Source: an uncultured delta proteobacterium (lineage in GTDB: Bacteria > Myxococcota_A > UBA9160 > SZUA-336). Taken from it: 64,000 bases of DNA. The DNA lies in the NCBI GenBank assembly GCA_963704165.1, contig CAVPHD010000009.1, forward strand, positions 128,001-192,000, read 5' to 3'. The notes below the pieces were generated by a model. The model worked only from the letters and a program-made list of their open reading frames with translations, did not search any database and had not been told where the DNA came from. Positions 1-10,110 of the stretch are shown piece after piece. The stretch's first letter is position 1. Every line of letters starts with the position of its first letter. A program made the position numbers and the translations under genes.

Positions 1-1920
1 GTCGGTTCCAACCGGCGCATTCGCCTGGGCGATCGCGACGCGCTCCTCCTCGAGCGCCGAGAGGTACCGGACGTTCTCCGTGACCTTGTTGTTCTTCACC
101 TCGCGGTACGGAGTCTCGATGAATCCGTAGTCATTCACGCGTGCGTACGTCGACAGCGAGGCGATCAGGCCGATGTTCGGGCCTTCCGGTGTCTCGACCG
201 GACAGATTCGGCCGTAGTGCGTGCTGTGAACGTCGCGGACCTCGAAGCCGGCTCGCTCGCGCGTCAGACCGCCCGGGCCGAGCGCCGACAGGCGCCGCTT
301 GTGCGTGACGGCAGAGAGGGGATTCGTCTGATCCATGAACTGCGAGAGCTGGCTGGAGCCGAAGAACTCCTTGATCACCGCCGAAACGGGTTTCGAGTTG
401 ATCAGATCATGCGGCATGAGCTGCTCGATCTCCTGCAGGCTCATCCGCTCCTTGATCGCTCGCTCCATTCGAACGAGGCCGATCCGGTACTGATTCTCGA
501 GCAATTCCCCGACGACGCGAACACGCCGGTTACCGAGATGGTCGATGTCGTCGATGCGCTTGTCGGGGTCGCCGTTCTTCAGATCGACGAGGTACTTCAC
601 CGCGAGGAGGATGTCCTCCTTGCGCAGCGTGGTCTCGTCGAGCGGCACGTCGATTCCGAGCTTGTGGTTCAACTTCAGCCGACCGACGCGGGACAGATCG
701 TAGCGTTCGGCGTTGAAGAAGAGGTTGTTGAAGACGGTGGTCGCCGTCTCGATCGTCGGAGGATCACCCGGCCGCAGACGCCGGTAGATGTCGATGATCG
801 CCTCTTCCTTGGTCATCGTCTTGTCGGCGTTCAGCGTGTCATGAATCGCCGTGCCGGTCGTGACCGGATCGAGGTAGAGCAGCTGGAACTCGAGCAAGTT
901 GCGCTTGCGCAGCTCCTCGAGGGTTTCTTCGGTGATCGACTCGTTGCACTCGAGGATGACCTCTCCCGTGCTCTCGTCGACGATGTCCTCGGGCGCGACT
1001 CGCTTCACGCCATCTTCGCGGACGAGATCGTCGAGGCCGATCGGAATCCATTCGATTCCCGCCTCGCGGATTTTTCGCACCGCGGCTTGCGTGAACTTCC
1101 GCCCCTCTCGAACGATCGTCTCTCCATCGTCGCTCTTCACCGACTTGGTCGCTCGTTGTCCGAGCAGGCGCTCCGGTGCAGAAACCTTCTTCGAGAGCTT
1201 TCGACCATCGATCTTGATGAGCTCGGGCGCGTAGAAGAACGAAAGCAGCTCCTCGGGCGAGTAGCCGAGCGCCTTCAACAACACCGTACCGTGAAGCTTC
1301 CGACGCCGGTCGATGCGAACCTGGATCAGATCCTTGTGATCGAACTCGATGTCGAGCCACGAACCGCGATACGGAATCACGCGCGTGGAGTAGAGCTTCT
1401 TGCCAGCCGAGGTGACAGCCGTCGATTGCCCCGTATCGAAGAAGATGCCGGGCGAGCGGTGGAGCTGGGAGACGATGACTCGCTCGGTTCCATTGATGAT
1501 GAACGTGCCGTTCTCCGTCATCACCGGAATCTCGCCGAAATAGACCTCCTGCTCCTTCACGTCGCGGATGTTCTGGTGGCCCTCTCCCGGGTTGTCCCAG
1601 ACGATCAGTCGGATCGTGACCTTGATCGGCGCGGCGTAGGTCATTCCGCGCTGCAGGCACTCCTGCACGTCGTACTTCGGCTTCTCGAGCGTGTAGGAGA
1701 CGAACTCGAGCGACGCCGTCTCGTTGAAGTCCCGAATCGGGAAGACAGAGTGGAAGACGGCCTGAAGACCCACCTGTTCGCGCTTTTCCGGCGCGACGTC
1801 GGCCTGCAAAAACCGCTCGAACGAACGGTTCTGGATGTCGATCAGGTTAGGGATGTCGATGATCCGCTGTATCTTGGAAAAGTCCTTCCGGAGTCGTCCC
1901 GAGTTGAAGGAAGCTTCCAT
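1..1920 (-). CDS. rpoB: DNA-directed RNA polymerase beta subunit, 5' part (runs off window start)
   Basis: Minus-strand reading from ATG at 1920: [30 protein letters not shown]; later [52 protein letters not shown] upstream. Follows rplL. Confidence 0.98.
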   Translation of the reverse strand, partial: MEASFNSGRLRKDFSKIQRIIDIPNLIDIQNRSFERFLQADVAPEKREQVGLQAVFHSVFPIRDFNETASLEFVSYTLEKPKYDVQECLQRGMTYAAPIKVTIRLIVWDNPGEGHQNIRDVKEQEVYFGEIPVMTENGTFIINGTERVIVSQLHRSPGIFFDTGQSTAVTSAGKKLYSTRVIPYRGSWLDIEFDHKDLIQVRIDRRRKLHGTVLLKALGYSPEELLSFFYAPELIKIDGRKLSKKVSAPERLLGQRATKSVKSDDGETIVREGRKFTQAAVRKIREAGIEWIPIGLDDLVREDGVKRVAPEDIVDESTGEVILECNESITEETLEELRKRNLLEFQLLYLDPVTTGTAIHDTLNADKTMTKEEAIIDIYRRLRPGDPPTIETATTVFNNLFFNAERYDLSRVGRLKLNHKLGIDVPLDETTLRKEDILLAVKYLVDLKNGDPDKRIDDIDHLGNRRVRVVGELLENQYRIGLVRMERAIKERMSLQEIEQLMPHDLINSKPVSAVIKEFFGSSQLSQFMDQTNPLSAVTHKRRLSALGPGGLTRERAGFEVRDVHSTHYGRICPVETPEGPNIGLIASLSTYARVNDYGFIETPYREVKNNKVTENVRYLSALEEERVAIAQANAPVGTD

Positions 1921-2036
1921 TCACCCTCCCCTTCCCGAACGCGCGCACGAATGCACGGGCGATCGAGGCCGGTCATCCCGGCTTGATTTGTGAACGCGAA
2001 AGATGCGGCGAAGTCGCGCTGCGCGCGTTCGCCGAC

Positions 2037-2414
2037 TCACTTGATCTCGACTTGACCGCCCGACGCTTCGATCTGCGCCTTGATCTTGGCCGCCTCGTCC
2101 TTGGAGACGCCCTCCTTGACGGGCTTCGGCGCACCCTCGACCAGATCCTTGGCCTCTTTGAGGCCCAAGCCGGTGATGGCGCGAACTTCCTTGATGACCT
2201 GGATCTTCTTCTCGCCAGACGAGACGAGGATCACATCGAACTCCGTCTGCTCTTCGGCGGGAGCCGCCGCCGCACCCGCCGCCGGACCGGCCACCGCGAC
2301 CGCAGCCGGAGCGGCCGTGACGCCCCACTCCTGCTCCATCCGCTTGATGAGCGATGCGATCTCCATGGGCTTGAGCTCGTTGATCTGCGAGAAGATGTCG
2401 TCGACGGTCGCCAT
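2037..2414 (-). CDS. rplL: 50S ribosomal protein L7/L12
   Basis: Ala-rich hinge, [34 protein letters not shown]. Confidence 0.98.
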   Translation of the reverse strand: MATVDDIFSQINELKPMEIASLIKRMEQEWGVTAAPAAVAVAGPAAGAAAAPAEEQTEFDVILVSSGEKKIQVIKEVRAITGLGLKEAKDLVEGAPKPVKEGVSKDEAAKIKAQIEASGGQVEIK

Positions 2415-2491
2415 TGTCGTTGCCTCCTGTGCCCGGATCGAATTAAGGCGCGACGTGCGCCAGAGCCGGGGCTACCTGGTTTCGAGTGGAC

Positions 2492-3025
2492 TCAGTTGGC
2501 CTCGAGCTTCTGCTGACGCTGTTCGAGAGCGTTCCGCAGATGCCCGAGGAGTGACTGCAGCGTGCCTGCGAGATTGCGAAGCGGAGATTGGAGCGTGCCC
2601 GCGAGCATTCCGCGAAGCTCGAGCTTCGTGGGAAGCTGAGCGAGGACGGCCACACCCGCCGGATCGACGAGTTCGCCCTCGATGACGCCCCCCTTGATCC
2701 GGAACTTGTCGTTCTCCTTCTCGTAAGCGACGAGAACCTTGGCCATCGCCGACGGCTCGTCGAATGCGATCGCAATCGCCGTCGGCCCGGCGAGATGCTT
2801 GGTGATCGGCTCGTGCTGCGTGCCGCGTGTCGCGATCGTGAGCAGCGTGTTCTTGGTGACTCGGTACTCGATCTGTTTGCCACCGACCGCGCGCAGCTTC
2901 GATCGAAGCGTATTCGCGTCGTCGACGGTCATGCCGCGGTACTCGATGGCTATCAAGGAGTTGGCATTCGTGACCTTCGCCCGCAGCGCGTCGATCTGCT
3001 CGATTTTCTGTTTTCGGGTGAGCAT
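2492..3025 (-). CDS. rplJ: 50S ribosomal protein L10
   Basis: EYRGMTV...LR...KNTLL...LAGPTAIA...LAQLPTK; lies between rplA and rplL. Confidence 0.96.
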   Translation of the reverse strand: MLTRKQKIEQIDALRAKVTNANSLIAIEYRGMTVDDANTLRSKLRAVGGKQIEYRVTKNTLLTIATRGTQHEPITKHLAGPTAIAIAFDEPSAMAKVLVAYEKENDKFRIKGGVIEGELVDPAGVAVLAQLPTKLELRGMLAGTLQSPLRNLAGTLQSLLGHLRNALEQRQQKLEAN

Positions 3026-3038
3026 GGATTGCCTCCGC

Positions 3039-3743
3039 CTAGCTGGCGATCTGCGCCTGTAGATCCGTTGGATCGAGTCGAATGCCCGGCCCCATCGTCG
3101 AGGAGATCGAGACCTTCTTCATGTACACGCCCTTCGCCGAGGCCGGCTTCGCCCGAACGATCGCCTCGGTGATGCTGAGCAGATTCGCGCCCAATTGCTC
3201 CGGGGTGAAGCTGAGCTTTCCGAACGGCGCGTGGACGATGCCGTTCTTGTCCACCCTGAACTCGATCTTGCCCGCCTTCTGCTCCGAGACTGCGCGAGCG
3301 ATGTCCTGCGTCACGGTGCCGACCTTCGGATTGGGCATCAGGCCTCTAGGACCGAGAACGCGCCCGAGCTTGCCGACCACGCCCATCATGTCCGGCGTCG
3401 CCAGCACCCGGTCGAAATCCAGCCAACCTTCGTTGATCTTCGCAGCGAGATCGTCGCCACCGACCGCATCCGCTCCCGCCTCGCGCGCTTCGCGCTCCTT
3501 CTCGCCCTTCGCGAAGACGATCACCCGCGCCGACCTTCCGGTGCCGTGGGGGAGCGAGACCGCGCCGCGCACGTTCTGATCCGCGTGACGTGGATCGACG
3601 GAGAGATTGAACGCGACCTCTGCCGTTTCGTCGAACTTCGCGCGCTTGCTGGCCGAGAGCAGCGCGATCCCGTCGCGGAATGGATAGCTCCGGTCCCGTT
3701 CGATTCGTTCCGCAACCGTCTTGTACGTCTTCCCTCTTGCCAT
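3039..3743 (-). CDS. rplA: 50S ribosomal protein L1
   Basis: [41 protein letters not shown]. Confidence 0.98.
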   Translation of the reverse strand: MARGKTYKTVAERIERDRSYPFRDGIALLSASKRAKFDETAEVAFNLSVDPRHADQNVRGAVSLPHGTGRSARVIVFAKGEKEREAREAGADAVGGDDLAAKINEGWLDFDRVLATPDMMGVVGKLGRVLGPRGLMPNPKVGTVTQDIARAVSEQKAGKIEFRVDKNGIVHAPFGKLSFTPEQLGANLLSITEAIVRAKPASAKGVYMKKVSISSTMGPGIRLDPTDLQAQIAS

Positions 3744-3744
3744 G

Positions 3745-4171
3745 TCAGGCCTCTACCTCGATCCCCATCGAGCGCGCCGTGCCTTCGATGATGCGCATGG
3801 CGGCGTCGATGTCGTTGGCGTTCAGATCGGGCAGCTTGATCTGCGCGATCTCCTTCACCTGGGTGCGCGACACGCTCCCGACTTTGGTCTTGTTCGGCTC
3901 GCCCGATCCCTTCGCGAGCTTCGCGGCGCGCTTCAACAACACGGCCGCCGGTGGGGTCTTCAGGACGAACGTGAACGTTCGATCCGAGAAGATCGAAATC
4001 ACCGCAGGGATGATCAGATCCCTGCTGGTCTGCGGTACGTGCATTGAACGCCTTGCAGAACTCCATGATGTTCACGCCGTGCTGCCCTAGCGCCGGGCCG
4101 ACCGGTGGCGATGGATTGGCCGCACCGGCGGGACATTGGAGCTTCACGACCGCAATCATTTTCTTGGCCAT
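3745..4171 (-). CDS. rplK: 50S ribosomal protein L11 (apparent 1-nt frameshift near 4018, probably sequencing error)
   Basis: N-half MAKK...[31 protein letters not shown] in one frame; C-half [24 protein letters not shown]...[10 protein letters not shown] in another. Confidence 0.95.
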
Positions 4172-4175
4172 TCGC

Positions 4176-4700
4176 TTAGACCTTCTCTACGTGCTCGTAC
4201 GACAGCCAAACGGGCGTCGCACGACCGAAAACCGCCACCAGGACCTGCACCTGCTCTTTCTCCGGTTTCACTTCACCCACGGTTCCCGAAAAGTTCGAGA
4301 ACGGGCCGTGGATCACCCGAACGCCCTCGCCCTCTTCGAACGTCACCATCGGCTTGGGCTTCGAGGCCTGCGTCTGCCCGAGCATGCGGCGGACGTCTTC
4401 CTCGGGGATCGGTGTGGGCTGCGAGCCCGAGCCCACGAACCCGCTGATCTTCGCCGTGTTCTTTACGATGTGCCACAACTCGTCGTCGAGCTGCATCTTG
4501 ACCAGCAGATAGCCGGGAAGGAACTTGCGCTTGCTCGTCCGGCGCTGCCCCTTCACGACCTCGACCACGTCCTCCTCGGGAATGACGATCTCTTCGAGCG
4601 CGGCTTCGCGGCTGAACTGCTTCGCGCGCTCGAGGAGCGACTGCTTTGCACGGGCCTCCTGCCCGGAGAAGGTGTGGATCACGTACCAGGACGCTGCCAC
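4176..4700 (-). CDS. nusG: Transcription termination/antitermination factor NusG
   Basis: [23 protein letters not shown] region [26 protein letters not shown]. Confidence 0.97.
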   Translation of the reverse strand: MAASWYVIHTFSGQEARAKQSLLERAKQFSREAALEEIVIPEEDVVEVVKGQRRTSKRKFLPGYLLVKMQLDDELWHIVKNTAKISGFVGSGSQPTPIPEEDVRRMLGQTQASKPKPMVTFEEGEGVRVIHGPFSNFSGTVGEVKPEKEQVQVLVAVFGRATPVWLSYEHVEKV

Positions 4701-4737
4701 TACATACCCCTCTCGCGCTGCGATGCCGACTCGTTCG

Positions 4738-4947
4738 TCACGGCCAGACCGTCCTCATGGTCCAAGCGAGGATCCCGTCGACCGCGAAGAGCGCGATCGC
4801 CACGACGGCCACGAGCACGATCACACCGATCGTTCCTCCCACCGTTTCCTTTTGCGTCGGCCATGTAACCTTCTTGAACTCGACTTGGACCTCGCCGAAA
4901 AACTCTCGCCCCTGCATCGCCCAGTCGACCGGGTTCTTGCTCTCCAC
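4738..4947 (-). CDS. secE: Preprotein translocase subunit SecE
   Basis: EFKKVTWPTQKE followed by one TM helix; between tRNA-Trp and nusG. Confidence 0.95.
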   Translation of the reverse strand: MESKNPVDWAMQGREFFGEVQVEFKKVTWPTQKETVGGTIGVIVLVAVVAIALFAVDGILAWTMRTVWP

Positions 4948-4977
4948 GACGCCACCTCACACGAACTGCCCGGACGT

Positions 4978-5053
4978 TGGCAGGTCAGGAGGGACTCGAA
5001 CCCCCAACCTGCGGTTTTGGAGACCGCTGCTCTACCAGTTGAGCTACTGACCT
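4978..5053 (-). tRNA. tRNA-Trp(CCA)
   Basis: AGGTCAG acceptor, anticodon arm GCGGT-CT CCA AA-ACCGC, TTCGAG T-loop, encoded CCA end. Confidence 0.97.
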
Positions 5054-5068
5054 GCACGAACCGTCGCG

Positions 5069-6259
5069 TTACTCGATCACTTCGGCGACGACGCCGGCGC
5101 CGACCGTGCGGCCACCTTCGCGGATCGCGAAGCGAAGACCCTGGACCATCGCGATCGGGGTGATCAGATCCACCTTGATCGCGATGTTGTCACCAGGCAT
5201 CACCATCTCCGTCCCCTCCGGCAACTCCACGATCCCCGTCACGTCCGTCGTCCGAAAATAAAACTGCGGACGGTACCCCTTGAAGAACGGCGTATGACGA
5301 CCCCCCTCTTCCTTCGTCAGCACGTAGACCTCCGCCTTGAACTTCGTGTGAGGCGTGATCGAGCCCGGCTTCGCCAACACCTGACCCCGCTCCACCTCTT
5401 CCTTCTTCGTACCGCGAAGCAGACACCCGATGTTGTCTCCCGCCTGACCCTCGTCCAACAACTTCCGGAACATCTCCACACCCGTGACCACCGTCTTCGT
5501 CGTCGGCTTCACACCCACGATCTCGACCTCGTCTCCCGTGTGCACCTTCCCCTGCTCCACGCGACCCGTCACCACCGTCCCGCGTCCCGAAATCGAAAAC
5601 ACGTCCTCGATCGGCATCAGGAACGGCTTGTCCAACGCCCGCTTCGGCTCCGGGATCCAGCTGTCCAACGCGTCCATCAACTCGTCGATGCACGCGTTCG
5701 CACCATCGTCCGCCGAGTTCTGACCCGCCTTCAACGCGCTCCCGCGAATGATCGGCACGTCGTCCCCGCGGAAATCGTTCTTCGACAACAACTCCCGAAC
5801 CTCGAGCTCCACCAGCTCCAAAAGCTCCGGGTCGTCCACCATGTCCACCTTGTTCAGAAACACCACCATGTGCGGCACGTTCACCTGCTTCGCCAGCAAG
5901 ACGTGCTCCCGCGTCTGAGGCATCGGACCGTCGGCCGCCGACACCACCAAGATCGCTCCGTCCATCTGCGCCGCACCCGTGATCATGTTCTTCACGTAGT
6001 CCGCGTGACCCGGACAGTCCACGTGTGCGTAATGACGAGCCTTCGACTCGTACTCCACGTGCGCCGTCGCAATCGTGATCCCGCGCTCCCGCTCCTCCGG
6101 CGCCTTGTCGATCTGGTCAAACGCCAGCTTCTGAGCCATCCCCTTCGTCGCCTGACGCGACGTGATCGCCGCCGTCAACGTCGTCTTCCCGTGATCTACG
6201 TGACCAATCGTCCCCACGTTCACGTGAGGCTTCGTTCGCTCGAACTTCTCCTTGGACAT
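5069..6259 (-). CDS. tuf: Elongation factor Tu
   Basis: [43 protein letters not shown]. Confidence 0.99.
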   Translation of the reverse strand: MSKEKFERTKPHVNVGTIGHVDHGKTTLTAAITSRQATKGMAQKLAFDQIDKAPEERERGITIATAHVEYESKARHYAHVDCPGHADYVKNMITGAAQMDGAILVVSAADGPMPQTREHVLLAKQVNVPHMVVFLNKVDMVDDPELLELVELEVRELLSKNDFRGDDVPIIRGSALKAGQNSADDGANACIDELMDALDSWIPEPKRALDKPFLMPIEDVFSISGRGTVVTGRVEQGKVHTGDEVEIVGVKPTTKTVVTGVEMFRKLLDEGQAGDNIGCLLRGTKKEEVERGQVLAKPGSITPHTKFKAEVYVLTKEEGGRHTPFFKGYRPQFYFRTTDVTGIVELPEGTEMVMPGDNIAIKVDLITPIAMVQGLRFAIREGGRTVGAGVVAEVIE

Positions 6260-6309
6260 GTCTTGCTCGTCTTCCCTCTCTCAGCGCGTTGTGAGTTCTG
6301 CCGTTCGTC

Positions 6310-6386
6310 TGGAGCCCATGGGCGGAGTCGAACCGCCTACCTCGTCCTTACCAAGGACGCGCTCTAACCATCTGAGCTACATGGGC
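6310..6386 (-). tRNA. tRNA-Thr(GGT)
   Basis: GCCCATG acceptor stem, anticodon arm CGTCC-TT GGT AA-GGACG, CCA end. Confidence 0.97.
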
Positions 6387-6414
6387 ACCCGATAGTCCCC
6401 GCACCTCGCGAGCC

Positions 6415-6491
6415 TGGAGCGGGAAACGGGACTCGAACCCGCGACCCCAAGCTTGGAAGGCTTGTGCTCTAGCCAACTGAGCTATTCCCGC
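6415..6491 (-). tRNA. tRNA-Gly(TCC)
   Basis: GCGGGAA acceptor, anticodon arm CAAGC-CT TCC AA-GCTTG, CCA end. Confidence 0.97.
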
Positions 6492-6542
6492 CTGAAACCT
6501 TTCTGTGTACGCCTCCGCGCGATGTCGTCGAACGATTCTGCG

Positions 6543-6628
6543 TGGTGGAGAGGGGAGGATTCGAACCTCCGAAGGCTAATGCCAACGGGTTTACAGCCCG
6601 TCCCATTTGACCGCTTTGGTACCTCTCC
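6543..6628 (-). tRNA. tRNA-Tyr(GTA)
   Basis: GGAGAGG acceptor, ACGGG-CT GTA AA-CCCGT, long variable arm, ACCA end. Confidence 0.97.
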
Positions 6629-6667
6629 CAGTGAATCCGGGCTGTTCGAATCCGCGCGTGCGCGCGC

Positions 6668-6691
6668 AAAAAAAACCCCGCCCCGCCGAGG
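6668..6691 (-). terminator. Possible weak intrinsic terminator/attenuator between tRNA-Thr(TGT) and tRNA-Tyr
   Basis: Minus strand CCTCG-GCGGGG-CGGGG hairpin (one G-U pair) followed by T8. Confidence 0.35.
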
Positions 6692-6808
6692 ACCCCTGTT
6701 CACTCGCGTTGCCGGGAAACCGTCTCTATTCTGTGTCGCTCGTCTTCTTGACCGGACCGGTCGTCGGCTCGATCTTCGTCCCCTGACCCTCCGGCGCATC
6801 GCGCACGG

Positions 6809-6881
6809 AGCTGGCGAGGGGACTCGAACCTCCAACCTGCTGATTACAAGTCAGCTGCTCTACCAATTGAGCTACGCCAGC
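6809..6881 (-). tRNA. tRNA-Thr(TGT)
   Basis: GCTGGCG acceptor, GCTGA-CT TGT AA-TCAGC, TTCGAG; completes the canonical Thr-Tyr-Gly-Thr-tuf order. Confidence 0.97.
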
Positions 6882-6897
6882 GCAAGCCGCGAGTGTA

Positions 6898-7695
6898 TCA
6901 GGAGATTTCGTTCGTGCCACCGCGCACCTGCGAGCCCTCGTGCGCTCGAAGGTTCGGTCCGGTCTTCGCGTCCCTTTCGCCCGCCCGTCGGACCTCGGCC
7001 GTTCGTAGCAGCAGGTATGCGGCCGCCGCAGAGACGCCAAGAGATGCGGTCCGACCGGTCATCGGGATCCCGACGGATCCAGCCGCTCGACTCCGCACGC
7101 CGGGCCGGACCCCTCGATCTTCACTCCCGAACACCCAGATCACGTTTCCTCGCAAGAGCTCCGCCGACACGCGCTCCATCGGCTCACCGCCCGCCTCGGC
7201 GATCAGGATCAGGTTCCCCTCTTCTGCCGCCAGGTCGAGAGCCCGTCCGAGATTGGGGGTGCGTCCCACGCGAAGGTGCTCGAGCGCCCCAGCGCTCGCG
7301 CGCAGGGCGCCAGCCGCTATGGGAGGAGCGTGGCGGTGTTCGAGGATGATCCCGCTGGCACCCGCCGCCTCCGCGGTACGCGCGATGCTCCCGAGGTTGC
7401 CGACGTCGGTAATACGGTCGAGCGCGACGAGCAGCCGCGGCGACTCGCCCGTGAGCAGCGCTTCGAAGTCCTCTTCCGGGAAGGGATCGGCCAGCGCGCG
7501 AACACCCTGCTCGGGCCGAGATGGGCGAACTCGGAGCTCGAAACCCGCAAGCAGGGTCTCGAGCTCACGGCGCGCGGGACTCCCATCCCCCTTTGGGAGC
7601 GAGATCTCGTGAATCCTGCGGCGCCCAGCACGCAGCGCCTCGATCACTGGCCGTGCCCCCTCGATCACGGCTAGCTTCGACCCCGACTCCCGCAT
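6898..7695 (-). CDS. rlmB: 23S rRNA Gm2251 methyltransferase RlmB (SpoU/TrmH family)
   Basis: IEGARPVIEAL, LDRITDVGNLGSIARTA, ASAGA, FGSEDRG, IPMTGRTASLGVSAA; start placed at MRESG. Confidence 0.85.
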   Translation of the reverse strand: MRESGSKLAVIEGARPVIEALRAGRRRIHEISLPKGDGSPARRELETLLAGFELRVRPSRPEQGVRALADPFPEEDFEALLTGESPRLLVALDRITDVGNLGSIARTAEAAGASGIILEHRHAPPIAAGALRASAGALEHLRVGRTPNLGRALDLAAEEGNLILIAEAGGEPMERVSAELLRGNVIWVFGSEDRGVRPGVRSRAAGSVGIPMTGRTASLGVSAAAAYLLLRTAEVRRAGERDAKTGPNLRAHEGSQVRGGTNEIS

Positions 7696-7839
7696 GCCGC
7701 AACTGTACTCCGCGGCGCGCGCAGAGCCCGCAAGTGAGGTCCGGCCGTAAACGCGCCCATCTTCAGGATCGAGATCCCCGGCGGGAGACCTCCGTCGCAG
7801 CTTCTCGAGTGGCTGCCCCCGGGCGGATCTCCCCATCTA

Positions 7840-9093
7840 TTGGACGCCCTCGGCCCCGCGGGCTGGGGCTCGTGTCCCGGAAGCGACGGACCGGGCACGG
7901 GCCTCCTCGCTCTCGAACCCGAGGTGGTCTTCGCCGGCGGATTCGCGGCGCTGCGCGAGGCCCGGCGCTGGCTCGACGACGCGCGATGCGAGGCCCCCCT
8001 GGGAGCGGTTCTCGTCGGCTGCATCGACTACGAGCTCGGCCTCGAGATCTGCGGCGGACGCGTGAGCTCGAAACCCGGAAGCGCATCGGCACCGGTTCGC
8101 CTCGCCGGATTCCGCGCGGTCTACCGGTATGACTGGCGAACCGGCGACGCGGAGGTCCGCGGCAGCTCGCGCCGAGCCGTCGATCGGCTCGCAGATGCGA
8201 TCGCGGTTGCGAAGCCGGGAGCGCGTTCCGCATGCGTGCCGCTCCGCCCTCCGGTTTCCCGCACCACGGACCTCGAATTCGCCGCGGCCATCGAGCGCGT
8301 GAAGGCCTACATCCGCGCGGGCGACGTCTACCAGGTCAACCTGTCGCGTCGATTGGAGACCGCCGCACCGAAGCCCGCCGACCAGCGTCGACTCCTCGGC
8401 CTTCTCGCGGATCGCGCTGGCGCGCCGTTCACCGCCTACCTCGAAACACCCGAGCAGACGGTGGTCTCGGCTTCACCCGAGTGCTTTCTGCGAGTGTCGG
8501 GCGATCGCGTACAGACCTGCCCGATCAAGGGCACGCGCCCCCGCGGTCGCACGCCTGCGCTCGACTCGATCCTCCTCAAGGAGCTCGAGAGCTCTGCGAA
8601 GGATCGCGCGGAGCACGTGATGATCGTGGACCTCGAGCGAAACGACCTCGGCCGCGTCTGCGAAACCGGAAGCGTGCGGGTCACCCGGCTCTGCGAACCG
8701 CGATCGTTCAGCGACGTCCACCACCTCGTTTCGTGCGTGAGCGGGAGGCTGCGCAACCCACGCGACTGGCCGAGCCTGCTCGAGGCCACCTTTCCCGGCG
8801 GATCGATTACCGGCGCACCGAAGCTTCGCGCGATGCAGATCATCGGCGAGCTCGAGCCGGTTCCGCGCGGTGTCTACACCGGCGCGCTCGGCGTCTTCGA
8901 TTCCGTCGGCGACGTGGACCTCTCGATTGCGATCCGAACGGCGGTGTCGAGCGGGAGCGAGATGCACCTCCATCTCGGCGGCGGAATCGTCGCGGATTCG
9001 GACGTCGCGGAAGAGCTGCGCGAGACTCGCGACAAGGGACGAGCCTTCTCTCGCAGCTGGGAGTTCGAGGAGCGGACGAACTCGGCCGAGTAA
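7840..9093 (+). CDS. pabB: Aminodeoxychorismate synthase component I (chorismate-binding family); start uncertain
   Basis: AGDVYQVNLS, SASPE, PIKGT (PabB-type Lys rather than TrpE PIAGT), EHVMIVDLERNDLGR, FPGGSITGAPK. Confidence 0.85.
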   Translation: MDALGPAGWGSCPGSDGPGTGLLALEPEVVFAGGFAALREARRWLDDARCEAPLGAVLVGCIDYELGLEICGGRVSSKPGSASAPVRLAGFRAVYRYDWRTGDAEVRGSSRRAVDRLADAIAVAKPGARSACVPLRPPVSRTTDLEFAAAIERVKAYIRAGDVYQVNLSRRLETAAPKPADQRRLLGLLADRAGAPFTAYLETPEQTVVSASPECFLRVSGDRVQTCPIKGTRPRGRTPALDSILLKELESSAKDRAEHVMIVDLERNDLGRVCETGSVRVTRLCEPRSFSDVHHLVSCVSGRLRNPRDWPSLLEATFPGGSITGAPKLRAMQIIGELEPVPRGVYTGALGVFDSVGDVDLSIAIRTAVSSGSEMHLHLGGGIVADSDVAEELRETRDKGRAFSRSWEFEERTNSAE

Positions 9094-9205
9094 CCCTCTC
9101 GAGAGTCGCCTGGAGCTCGATCGAACGCGGTCTTCCCACGACGATCTGCCTCAAGCACGCGAGAACGCGCTCCGAAGAGCGAAACGAGGCTTCGGAGGGG
9201 TCGTG

Positions 9206-9763
9206 ATGAAACAGGCGGAGACGATACGGGACGAGACGGGAATCGCCCCGATCGCGCCGGAATCGACCGATTCGACGCCTGGCTGGCGCACGATTCCGCT
9301 CGCGGGTGCTCGTGTCGGTACCGCTCGCCCACCCGAGCCACAGCGCCGAACCGATTCCCGTATTCATGCCGACTTCCAGCTCGAACTGACTTCGATCGAC
9401 GCGTCGCGCGACGCGATGAGCGGCGATCTGTTCTTCGCGACGAGCGCGGACGAGCACACGCGAAATCTCTCACGACGAGGGATGTGCGTCCGTTGCGAAC
9501 GTCCCCCGACGATCGGCACACGTGTGCTCCTGCAATTGCGCCTTCCCGGAGAAGCCTCGATCGACGTGATCGGACAGACGCGCTGGACGCGCGTCGAGTT
9601 CGAGCCGGGCGAGCATGGTTCACGCGCGTACGCGCTCGTCGGAATCGAGCTGCTCGGCGGCGCGCCGCGCGCACTCGATCGCTACGACCGAGCGCTGGGC
9701 CGTTTGCTCGCGCTCGACGACAGCCCAAACACCCCGGTTGCCTCCGTCGGGAACCGCCGATAG
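9206..9763 (+). CDS. PilZ-domain (c-di-GMP-binding) protein
   Basis: RRTDSR (RxxxR) and TRNLSRRG (D/NxSxxG) motifs; GGAGGGG RBS before ATG. Confidence 0.75.
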   Translation: MKQAETIRDETGIAPIAPESTDSTPGWRTIPLAGARVGTARPPEPQRRTDSRIHADFQLELTSIDASRDAMSGDLFFATSADEHTRNLSRRGMCVRCERPPTIGTRVLLQLRLPGEASIDVIGQTRWTRVEFEPGEHGSRAYALVGIELLGGAPRALDRYDRALGRLLALDDSPNTPVASVGNRR

Positions 9764-9819
9764 CATGCCACGAGATGCGCAGCTCGAAGTCACCGGGAAT
9801 GTTTCGTTGGATCCGCGGA

Positions 9820-10080
9820 ATGCGGACCTTCGAGGTCGATCCTGAACGGCTCCGCGCGCGGCGAGTGAGCGCGATCATTCGCTCGATCCAGCGCGATCTC
9901 GACGAAGGTGGTCGCGCGTACGTCCGCCAGATCATGAACGGGCCCGAGTTGTTTCGCCTCGAACTCGAGCGCCCCGACTGGCGGTATCAGAGGACGACGA
10001 TTCTCGACCGCGATACGCTGCGATCGCTGCTCGAAGCCACGCCCGTCGAGACCGTTCGCTCCTCGATGCGCTTCCGCTAG
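9820..10080 (+). CDS. Hypothetical protein (86 aa)
   Basis: MRTFEVDPERL...; genome-typical codon usage, fills the gap between PilZ gene and tRNA-Leu. Confidence 0.5.
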   Translation: MRTFEVDPERLRARRVSAIIRSIQRDLDEGGRAYVRQIMNGPELFRLELERPDWRYQRTTILDRDTLRSLLEATPVETVRSSMRFR

Positions 10081-10110
10081 CGAGGAATCGCTCGACGACG
10101 GGACATCCGG

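Noticed and set aside
217..1986. 589-aa plus-strand ORF
   Set aside because: Antisense shadow of rpoB; high-GC codon bias removes stops on the opposite strand.
3745..4171. rplK as pseudogene or programmed frameshift (same question for ispH, lipB, gcvP)
   Set aside because: Both halves are fully conserved, no slippery heptamer is evident, and the window has many similar indels; sequencing error is the simpler explanation.
9094..10110. Genomic island integrated at the tRNA-Leu 3' end
   Set aside because: No integrase, no duplicated tRNA 3' end, and no compositional shift seen.
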